A DNA stretch of 64,000 nucleotides from Selaginella moellendorffii (Eukaryota; Plantae; Lycopodiophyta), in the NCBI RefSeq assembly GCF_000143415.4, contig NW_003314364.1, forward strand, positions 1-64,000, in the 5' to 3' direction. The translations under genes and the position numbers were made by a program. The notes below the pieces were generated by a model. That model searched no databases. It saw nothing but the letters and a program-made list of their open reading frames with translations, and was not told where the DNA came from. Every line of letters starts with the position of its first letter. Position 1 is the stretch's first letter. Of the stretch, positions 38,904 through 49,500 are shown piece after piece.

Positions 38904-39415
38904 ATCAGTCACACAGCAGCGAGGAGAGGACTCCCAGGCAGCAGCAGCATCACCATTACCGGAGACGGCACACTCCTCCTCAGTTCACCGCACTGTGGGA
39001 TCCAGGACAGTACATCTCCAGGGGCTTCTTATATCTCTGGAAAACTGTAGGCGTCATACAGATGGAGATCAAGCAAGGGCGGTGTACCTTCACTGATCTC
39101 ACGATCGACTCAAGTCCTTCACATCTGTAGATGCAACCACATGGGAGAGATGAGGTTGGGGACCATGGATAAGGCGCGAAGTTCACCACCAGTACGGATA
39201 GGGAGCACGCGTTTGCGGAGTGAGTGGCATGGCTTTGGGCAGCACAGAACCGGACACTAGTTCCTTGATCTGATCTGCACAGAACCGAACCGCACTCTAG
39301 TTCTAGGGATCCTCCCCTCTTCTCAACCCCCCCATATGCTCTTTGCCAGTTTCGAGCATGTCGAAACTGGACCTCTATGGTTTTTCAAGAGGATAAATAT
39401 GAAAAGCCCCCATTG
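38904..39415. other. 512-bp foreign insertion flanked by a 16-bp direct repeat (ACACATGAACTGTAAT at 38888-38903 and 39416-39431)
   Basis: Absent from the two sister copies (near 41460-41476 and 51157-51172), which have the motif once. Confidence 0.88.
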
Positions 39416-39549
39416 ACACATGAACTGTAATGGAGAGCCATGTCTTCCCGACTTGCTACTCCTCAAGGATAGGCCCACTCCTCGGACCTTCCGATGCCAA
39501 CACTAGTGGTGATATACTTGAGCACCAATAAAAGTCGGACTAAGGAACA

Positions 39550-39561
39550 GCTCCGATACCA
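39550..39561 (-). promoter_or_regulatory. Primer-binding site, initiator tRNA-Met type (TGGTATCGGAGC)
   Basis: 3 bp from the LTR end; one mismatch to TGGTATCAGAGC. Confidence 0.88.
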
Positions 39562-40489
39562 AATTGTAAGCGACTAAATTTTCCATTCTACTTTAGTCAC
39601 TTAACCACACCTCTGACCACTTGGAGGAGTCTCATTCACAACCTCCATAAGTCCAATCCAGGACTTGGGACTTGCTAGCCCCGAGAATGGCATCCATGCC
39701 ACTTAACATTTGCACTTGGTCCAAGTGCTCCACGTGTCCGATCCCATGACCGACACTCAGAGGTACCACCGACATAGCAGCCCGTTACACTAAGGCCATG
39801 CCCAATCACCTTTGCCACACTGGTAGTCCAATACCACTCGCATCACCGTCTTGGCTCTCCAAGACTAGGCAAACCATCCGTGAGTGGTCATCTCAGATCC
39901 ACTCCTTAGCATCCTTAGGATGCCCACCGACAAGGGGAATAGCCTTCCTCAATATCCCTCTGTCAGTTCCCACTATGTCCCTTTCTGCCCCTGGTCGTGT
40001 TTGCCAACACTGCCACTGGATCGAGACCCACAGGCCCGACCACTAAGTCCCACGGTCCTCTGGGACTTCCTCACCACACGACTGTGTCCTTGGTCACTAC
40101 CCCAGAGGACTGTTCCTCTTCCTTTCCACAGGCTGGGCCTTCGGGACAACATTTCAGAACACCGTGGCCTTACGCGAGCCACCTGGGTACTCTCCTCGCC
40201 TTTCGCCTTTAGGTGCTCTAGCCATGGGCTTAGAGCGAGGTTCCGTTGAGCCACACCAGGTATCCAAGTAGGTAGTGCCACCCACACTTGGACTGGGAGC
40301 ATCGGCCAGTCGATCTCCCGGGGGAACTAGAGCCGGCTCTTGAACACTTCACCAAGCTACCCCGCTTGTCGGTCTGTGTTCACTCTAGTCTTGGACTTCC
40401 CAGTGGGCAGCTCATCACCCAACACTGGGTCCGGCCTTCCTGGGCCAAACTGGCCTTTCCTGGCCAAACTGGCTCCACTGCAGTCCTCC

Positions 40490-40558
40490 CCCTACTATAC
40501 TTTTGGAGCTCACCAAACCCCCCAGGGTCTGGGAGACGAACGCTTTGGGCTTTCACCC
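40490..40558 (-). promoter_or_regulatory. Pol I core-promoter copy inside LTR A (nested copy 1)
   Basis: Same as 34735-34803; points toward the PBS. Confidence 0.8.
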
Positions 40559-43500
40559 TCTCAGGCTCCGGACTCGGACTCGGACTCGGACTCGGACTCG
40601 GACTCGGACTCGGACTCGGACTCGGACTCGGACTTGGGCTCGGGCTCGGTCTCAGCCTCGGCCTCGGTCTCGGTCTCGGTCCCGATCTCAGTCTCGGTCT
40701 CGATCTCGGTCTCGGTCCCGGTCTCGGTCTCGACTTCGGACTCCATCTCAAACTCCATCTCGGACTCCATCTCGGACTCCATCTCGGGTCCATCTCAGGT
40801 CCATCTCGGACTCCATCTCGGACTCCATCTCGGACTCCATCTCGGGTCCATCTCAGGTCCATCTCGGACTCCATCTCGGACTCCATCTCGGGTCCATCTC
40901 GGACTCCATCTCGGACTCCATTTCGGGTCCATCTCGAGTCCACCTCGGACTCCATCTCGGACTCCATCTCGGACTCCATCTCGGGTCCATCTCGGACTCC
41001 ACTTCGGACTCCAACTCGGGTCCATCTCGGGTCCATCTCGGACTCCACTTCGGACTCCACCTCGGGTCCATCTCGGACTCCACTTCGGACTCCAACTCGG
41101 GTCCATCTCGGACTCCATCTCGGACTCCATTTCGGGTCCATCTCGGGTCCACCTCGGACTCCATCTCGGACTCCATCTCGGACTCCATCTCGGACACTCC
41201 CACGTGTCATGTGTTGGTCCTTTTGGGTCCCTTTTTGGAGCCTCGCCTTTTTCTCGCTTCGTGCTCGTTCCTCGAGCACTTCGTTGGGAGTTCCACTCCC
41301 GCTCTTGACTTTTCAAGTCGGAGCTTTTGGTCCAAACGTGTTACGCTCGTTTGGCTCTCGCTTCGGCCCCTACCATGTGGCGCCCTTCCGGCTCCACTTT
41401 GGGGCCTAGGGATTTTGTGTCTCACAGAGGAGTAGCAAGTCGGGAAGACATGGCTCTCCATTACAGTTCATGTATGAACTTGTAGACGAGGTGGTGGATA
41501 GAAAAGGGCCAATAATGGAACGACTTTGGGATCTTGGGAACAGTGCAAGGTTTTCCTCATTGAGTTGAGGATGTGATCCGGATGAGCATTTGTCTCAGCA
41601 AATTGGCTAAGGTTGTTGTGGTAAACAACTAAAGTTGGGATCACGGGAAAGATAGAGACTCCAAAACAATAAAGGAGTCACAAAATTATCCTCATATAGT
41701 TGAGGTTGGTGCTCATGAATGTGAGACCAGAGGTAATGACCGTGGGAGGTCAAATACGGAAGAGGACTCAAGTCCTTGAAATGGTAGCCAGGGCTACCTT
41801 TAATAAATGCTGGAACAACCCAAGGAGTTCGGGGGTGTACGTAGTGGATGAGTTGGTATTCTCATCACATGGACAAGTAGTCCTAAGGGGCAAAGGTTGC
41901 CCCCAGAGAACAAAATCAAGTGTCGGAGTAACACTTGTGAAAATAATCCTTTTGAGTAGGACAGGAATGCAAGAAGTGTATTCCAGTGAGCTAGTGCCTC
42001 ACAAGTAGGACCCTATGAGTCTGTGGATTAACCAAGTCCAAAACTGCTGGATGACTCAAGTAGAGTCAAGGGATGGTCCTAAAAGGACTGATGGAAGCAT
42101 TTGGACTGAGGTGTGTTGTACCCCACAAAGGATGGGGGGGGGATCATAGGATCCAAGGATGAGAACAGAGGGTATCTCATCGATGGCAAAATGTGCCATG
42201 TTAAAGTCGTGGGAAAGGTGTTCCCAAAAAGAAAACAACTTTGACACAAAGTTATGTGTGACCTCTATGGTGTAGTGCTAACGGATGGTTGGCATGAGAA
42301 AGAGTGGCATTGGTCTTGGCAAAGACTTAGACACAAAGAAGAAGTGTCATAGAGGTAGGCTCGTGGAGCCGATGGTGTGGAGACACCAAATGTGCCAAGG
42401 TGTGATACCTTGAGGCTATGTTTGTGGGTTCATGAGAACCCCTTGCCAAAGGAATCCTAATGGAAATGGGAATGGCATAGCCTAAGCTGCAGAGCATGCA
42501 GTTGGAGTGCGGTGACCCAGATAATGATGGAGGTGTGAAAGCACCAAGCAATGAGTTGTAGGACTTGACAACTATGAGGCAACTAAGCAAGAGGTGCAAA
42601 ATAACTGGTTAAACGGGTAGAAGGTAGCTACCCAAGACTTCTAGCATAGGGAAGTCGGATATACCCTTGCGGGGGATAAGTTGCTTATGTTGCGATATAG
42701 TAAGTCAATGTCATAAAAGGAAATACTCATTGTCAAGAAAGCCATCATTGGGACACCTGAACACTCTAGAACACCATAAGGTGGTGTTTGATGTCGCGAG
42801 GGCAATGGATAAAGCCCAAGGGACTAAGTCCCTAGCGAATGATGGATAGAAGGTGCTGTCCAAATGTCCAAGGTTGCGGAGACAGGAGAGGACTGTCTAC
42901 CCGAATTGGACAAAGCCAAAAATGGAATTTTGGCAAGGCTAGTGATGGGCATGTAAAGGCCCATAAGCAACAATGTAATCCCAGTGTGTGGGATTATAAG
43001 GTGAGCATACCCGGATTGAGGAACCACTCCCTAGGCTATTGGGTAGGTTCATCCCTAAGAATACTTGCTAAAGCATGATAGAAAGTGCAAAGCTATCCTC
43101 CTGGTCTGGAGGAGAATGACTAAAGGAAAGGTGTGAAGCCCAAAAGCAAGAAGTAAGGGGATAGAAGCGAACCGTAGGAATCAAAGGGCATAACCAAGGT
43201 TGGTTATGCCAGCTGGGAGTGGAGAATCAAGTGGGGGCTCGAGGGTGTTGCCACTAGCAACCGTGATGCCATGGAGAGTCTAAGTTATGGAATTGTCCAT
43301 GTTAGACTATGTGGCATTTGGAAGGCTTGCAAAAGGGAGGCCTTAGCAAGCTGAGGGACAGAGTTCCTTCAAGGTTCCCAAAGACGATTCTAGGTAGCTT
43401 AGTACCTAGAAAGGCCAAGTGTAAATGGTTCATGGAACGCGCGAAATTAGAGTGGCGCAGCAAAAGCGTGGTCTTGAAGCTTGCCATGAGGCAAGGCTAT

Positions 43501-43872
43501 CAAGGTTAGGGAAGTAGTTCCCGAGTGTTCAAAGAGAGGGCTTTGAACGAAAGTCGATGGTCAAGGACTTTCACGCTTATGCAGGAACCATGTTACAGTG
43601 GTCGGAGAACTTGCCAAGCGAGATTGGCACGTCGGGGGAACAAATACCCTAGTTGAAGGTGATAACTTCAAAAAGGGTGGGCCATGGGGCCGAGCATGGA
43701 GGAGTCCATGCATGATCACAGACATGTCAAGTGAGAGGACTTGGCAGTGTGGAGGAACTAGGTTCCTAAGCTGTGATCTGTAGCGCGCTTTAAAAATAGG
43801 TTGGTGCACCGGCGTGGGGAGTCACGCCAGGCATCTTGTGTGATGCCGTCCGTAGATGCATATACGGAGGTT

Positions 43873-43913
43873 GGGTTCGAGTCCCGACCCTCTAGTGCTT
43901 GGGTTCGAGTCCC
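43873..43913 (+). other. Tandem tRNA B-box/T-arm-like motifs (GGGTTCGAGTCCC x2) in the family A internal region
   Basis: Exact 13-mers at 43873-43885 and 43901-43913; conserved at 36448-36488 and 48714-48754 on the minus strand. Confidence 0.6.
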
Positions 43914-45421
43914 AAATCACTAGGGCGTGGTGATGGTTTGGAATATGAGGACACTCATATTTCGGTGGTCATGGACTCTCAGTGGGGAGACTGGTTTGGG
44001 CACACCGCCAAGCGAGGGATGCCTCGGAGTCGTGATGCACGGTTAGATTGCTTAGAGTGAAAGCTCGGCATATCTAACTTGAACGCTTTGGTGCAAGTGG
44101 CACCAAGGTCGTGGTGAGTGAGATGGGGACACCTAATCTCAGTTGCTATGAACCCTTGGCCGTAAGGGCTGGCTTGGGTGCACCGCCAAGTGTGGGGGAT
44201 GCCCCCGGGGTTATAGTCAACAACTTGGAGGTCTAGAAGACCAAGTACCTCTTGGCAACTTTGTTAAGGTGCCAAAGTGAGATCACTAGATGATCTTATG
44301 GCCAGATAAGGACAAGGTCCTTGGTTGGCTAAGGAATGAAGTTCCTGGTTCAAAATGTTGAAATTGAACTGTTTAAGATGGTGTGGCTTGGTCGTGATGA
44401 CCAAGTGGGAAGAGCACCTAAGGGAAATAAACTATGTCCGTGCGATGGCATAGCGAGTCCGAGGAAAGTAGTCTCTATAAAAGACCCATGGGAGGGTCAC
44501 GAAGTTGGGCCGTGGATAGAGCCCATAGCAGAAGATGCTAAAGAGACGTACTAGGGGTGAACATCCTCCGGACTTGGCAAAGAAGAGTCTTTGCTATGGA
44601 ACCGAAACAATACCTCAAGAAGGGAGGTAGAGATTCGATGTTGCTTGGTGCAACAATCAACGGATAGGAGCAAAAGATGAGTGGCCAAGATAGGGCCGTG
44701 GAATCCCTTGGAAGGAATCCAAGTGACAAAGTTAGGCGAGGAACACTAATGTGTTGGACGCTAACAAGTTGCGGGAAAGGAAGTGTGTTTCCAAGGAGGG
44801 ATTCCGAAATGCTCTAATTTGGCGAAAGTGGAAGCTCCAAAGAAGGGAGCGGTAAGGTAGCCAAATGATAGGGCCATGAACAGCCCTAGCACAAAGTATG
44901 ATAAATGGAACTTAGTGCCCAAGGTGGCACGAAATAGAAGAGAGGATGATGGTGCCCTCGAGTAGAGAACTTCCTAGGATGGGAAGTGGAGTTGCACAAA
45001 AGGTGCAAGGCAAGGTGTCGGAGACACCTAGGAAACTGACTCCAAGAAGTCAAAATTCAAAGTTCCAAGGTGCAAAGGTTATATCGATGGAAATTGAGAC
45101 TACTCGAGAAGGACTAGTGGGATTGACTTAGAGAAGGGTCTCTAAGAGGTTTAGCGAGAACTAAACCAATAAAAGGAGAGAACCACTATATGTGGTCCAA
45201 TCGGTCTCTAAGTTGGAGAGACTACCCTCCTTAGAGGATATGCAAAAGGCATGGTGAGCCTTCAATGTCCAACCATTGACGAATATGGAGAAGGCATGGT
45301 GAGCCTTCAATGTCACACCATTGACAAATATTGGCTACGCGCCAAGGATGGAAATGGTAACACATGCGGGTGTTATTTTATAAAATGGTTCACCGTTCGA
45401 TGAGGACATCGAACTTCGTCT

Positions 45422-45435
45422 ATGGGTGGTGGAGT
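45422..45435 (+). other. Polypurine-tract-like site of the outer copy
   Basis: ATGGGTGGTGGAGT directly before the 3' LTR TG. Confidence 0.7.
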
Positions 45436-46454
45436 TGTGAGACACAAAATCCCTAGGCCCCAAAGTGGAGCCAGAAGGGCGCCACATGGTAGTGGCCGAA
45501 GCGAGAGCCAAACGAGCGTAACACGTTTGTGTAAGCGACTAAATTTTCCATTCTACTTTAGTCACTTAACCACACCTCTGACCACTTGGAGGAGTCTCAT
45601 TCACAACCTCCATAAGTCCAATCCAGGACTTGGGGCTTGCTAGCCCCGAGAATGGCATCCATGCCACTCAACATTTGCACTTGGTCCAAGTGCTCCACGT
45701 GTCCGATCCCATGACCGACACTCAAAGGTACCACCGACATAGCAGCCCGTTACGCTAAGGCCATGCCCAATCACCTTTGCCACACTGGTAGTCCAATACC
45801 ACTTGCATCACCGTCTTGGCTCTCCAAGACTAGGCAAACCATCCGTGAGTGGTCATCTCAGATCCACTCCTTAGCATCCTTAGGATGCCCACCGACAAGG
45901 GGAATAGCCTTCCCCAATATCCCTCTGTCAGTCCCCACTAAGTCCCTTTCTGCCCCTGGCTGTGTTTGCCAACACTGCCATTGGATCGAGACCCACAGGC
46001 TCGACCACTAAGTCCCACGGTCCTCTGGGACTTTCTCACCACACGACTGTGTCCTTGGTCACTACCCCAGAGGACTGCTCCTCTTCCTTTCCACAGTCTG
46101 GGCCTTTGGGACAACATTTCGGAACACCGTGGCCTTACGCAAGCCACCTGGGTACTCTCCTCGCCTTTCGCCTTTAGGTGCTCTAGCCATGGGCTTAGAG
46201 CGAGGTTCCGTTGAGCCACGACAGGTATCCAAGTAGGTAGTGCCACCCACACTTGGACTGGGAGCATCGGCCAGTCGATCTCCCGGGGGAACTAGAGCCG
46301 GCTCTTGAACACTTCACCAAGCTACCCCGCTTGTCGGTCCGTGTTCACTCTAGTCTTGGACTTCCCAGTGGGCAGCTCATCACCCAACACTGGGTCCGGC
46401 CTTCCTGGGCCAAACTGGCCTTTCCTGGCCAAACTGGCTCCACTGCAGTCCTCC

Positions 46455-46523
46455 CCCTACTATACTTTTGGAGCTCACCAAACCCCCCAGGGTCTGGGAG
46501 ACGAACGCTTTGGGCTTTCACCC
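46455..46523 (-). promoter_or_regulatory. Pol I core-promoter copy in the 3' LTR of nested copy 2
   Basis: Same as 34735-34803. Confidence 0.8.
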
Positions 46524-49500
46524 TCTCAGGCTCCGGACTCGGACTCGGACTCGGACTCGGACTCGGACTCGGACTCGGGCTCGGGCTCGGTCTCAGCCTC
46601 GGCCTCGGTCTCGGTCTCGGTCTCGGTCCCGATCTCGGTCTCGGTCTCGGTCTCGGTCCCGGTCTCGGTCTCGACTTCGGACTCCATCTCGGACTCCATC
46701 TCGGGTCCATCTCGGGTCCATCTCGGACTCCATCTCGGACTCCATCTCGGGTCCCTCTCGGGTCCATCTCGGACTCCACTTCGGACTCCAACTCGGGTCC
46801 ATCTCGGGTCCACCTCGGACTCCACTTCGGACTCCATCTCGGACTCCATCTCGGGTCCATCTCGGACTCCATCTCGGACTCCAATTCGGGTCCATCTCGG
46901 ACTCCACTTCGGACTCCAACTCGGGTCCATCTCGGACTCCACTTCGGACTCCAACTTGAGTCCATCTCGGACACTCCCACGTGTCATGTGTTGGTCCTTT
47001 TGGGTCCCTTTTTGGAGCCTTGCCTATTGCTCGCTTCGTACTCGTTCCTCGAGCACTTCGTTGGGAGTTCCACTCCCGCTCTTGACTTTTCAAGTCGGAG
47101 CTTTTGGTCCAAACGTGTTACGCTCGTTTGGCTCTCGCTTCGGCCACTACCATGTGGCGCCCTTCCGGCTCCACTTTGGGGCCTAGGGATTTTGTGTCTC
47201 ACAACTCCACCACCCATAGACGAAGTTCGATGTCCTCATCAAACGGTAAACCATTTTATAAAGTAACACCCGCACGTGTTACCATTTACATCCTTGGCAC
47301 CTAGCCAATATTTGTCAAGGGTTTGACATTGAAGGCTCACCATGCCTTTTGCATATTCTTTAATGGTTTGACACCAAAGGCTCACCATGCCTTGCCTATC
47401 CTCTAAGGAGGGTAGTCTCTCCAACTTAGAGACTGATTGGACCACATGTAGTGGTTCTCTCCTTTTAGTGGTTTAGTTCCCGCTAAACCTCTTAGAGACC
47501 CTTCTCTAAGTCAATCCCACTACTCCTTCTTGAGTAGTCTCGATTTCCATCGATATAACCTTTGCACTTTGGAACTTTGAATTTTGATTTCTTGGAGTCA
47601 ATTTCCTAGGTGTCTCCGACACCTTGCCTTGCACCTTTTTGTGCAACTCCACTTCCCATCCTAGGAAGTTCTCTACTCGAGGGCACCATCATCCTCTCTT
47701 CTATTTTGTGCCAAAGTTCCAGTTATCATACTTTGTGCTAGGGCTGTTCATGGCCCTATCATTTGGCTACCTTACCGCTCCCTTCTTTGGAGCTTCCACT
47801 TTCGCCAAATTGGAGCATTTCGGAATCCCTCCTTGGAAACACACTTCCTTTCCCGCAACTTGTTAGCGTCCAACACATTAGTGTTCCTCGCCTAACTTTG
47901 TCACTTGGATTCCTTCCAAGGGATTCCATGGCCCTATCTTGGCCACTCATCTTTTGCTCCTATCCGTTGATTGTTGCACCAAGCAACATCGAATCTCTAC
48001 CTCCCTCCTTGAGGTATTGTTTCGGTTCCATAGCAAAGACTCTTCTTTGCCAAGTCCGGAGGATGTTCACCCCTAGTACGTCTCTTTAGCATCTTCTGCT
48101 ATGGGCTCTATCCACGGCCCAACTTCGTGACCCTCCCATGGGTCTTTTATAGAGACTACTTTCCTCGGACTCACTATGCCATCGCACGGACATAGTTTAT
48201 TTCCCTTAGGTGCTCTTCCCACTTGGTCATCACGACCAAGTCACACCACCTTAAATAGTTCAATTTCAACATTTTGAACTAGGAACTTCATTCCTTAGCC
48301 AACCAAGGACCTTGTCCTTATCTGGCCATAAGATCACCTAGTGATCTCACCTTGGCACCTTAACAGAGCTGCCAAGAGGTACTTGGTCTTCTAGACCTCC
48401 AAGTTGTTGACTATAACCCCAGGGGCATCCCCCACACTTGGCGGTGCACCCAAGCCAGCCCTTACGGCCAAGGGTTCATAGCAACTGAGATTAGGTGTCC
48501 CCATCTCACTCACCACGACCTTGGTGCCACTTGCACCAAAGCGTTCAAGTTAGATATGCTGAGCTTTCACACTAAGCAATCTAACCGTGCATCACGACTC
48601 CGAGGCATCCCTCGCTTGGCGGTGTGCCCAAACCAGTCTCCCCACTGAGAGTCCATGACCACCGAAATATGAGTGTCCTCATATTCCAAACCATCACCAC
48701 GCCCTAGTGATTTGGGACTCGAACCCAAGCACTAGAGGGTCGGGACTCGAACCCAACCTCCGTATATGCATCTACGGACGGCATCACACAAGATGCCTGG
48801 CGTGACTCCCCACGCCGGTGCACCAACTTATTTTTAAAGCGCGCTACAGATCACAGTTTAGGAACCTAGTTCCTCCACACTGCCAAGTCCTCTCACTTGA
48901 CATGTCTGTGATCATGCATGGACTCCTCCATGCTCGGCCCCATGGCCCACCCTTTTTGAAGTTATCACCTTCAACTAGGGTATTTGTTCCCCCGACGTGC
49001 CAATCTCGCTTGGCAAGTCCTCCGACCACTGTAACATGGTTCCTGCATAAGCGTGAAAGTCCTTGACCATCGACTTTCGTTCAAAGCCCTCTCTTTGAAC
49101 ACTCGGGAACTACTTCCCTAACCTTGATAGCCTTGCCTCATGGCAAGCTTCAAGACCACGCTTCTGCTGCGCCACTCTGATTTCGCGCGTTCCATGAACC
49201 ATTTACACTTGGCCTTTCTAGGTACTAAGCTACCTAGAATCGTCTTTGGGAACTTTGAAGGAACTCTGTCCCTCAGCTTGCTAAGGCCTCCCTTTTTGCA
49301 AGCCTTCCAAATGCCACATAGTCTAACATGGACAATTCCATATTTTAGACTCTCCATGGCATCACGATTGCTAGCGGCAACACCCTCGAGCCCCCCACTT
49401 GATTCTCCACTCCCAGCTGGCATAACCAACCTTGGTTATCCCCTTTGATTCCTACAGTTCGGTTCTATCCCCTTACTTCTTGCTTTTTGGCTTTACACCT

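Larger units (their letters stand above)
35655..41426 (-). mobile_element. Family A nested copy 1, 3'-truncated (5' LTR 39565-41426, PBS 39550-39561, internal 35655-39564)
   Basis: LTR TGTGAGAC…CGCTTACA (1862 bp) followed by ATT TGGTATCGGAGC; internal part aligns with 47921-51305; right flank continues in the outer copy's internal region. Confidence 0.88.

Noticed and set aside
33885-41426. A giant terminal-inverted-repeat DNA transposon suggested by inverted 1.8-kb ends
   Set aside because: The inverted ends are LTRs of two oppositely oriented nested retroelements, as shown by PBS/PPT positions and junctions.
43840-43920. tRNA gene in the family A internal region
   Set aside because: Only T-arm/B-box motifs; no acceptor stem, D-arm or anticodon arm could be built.
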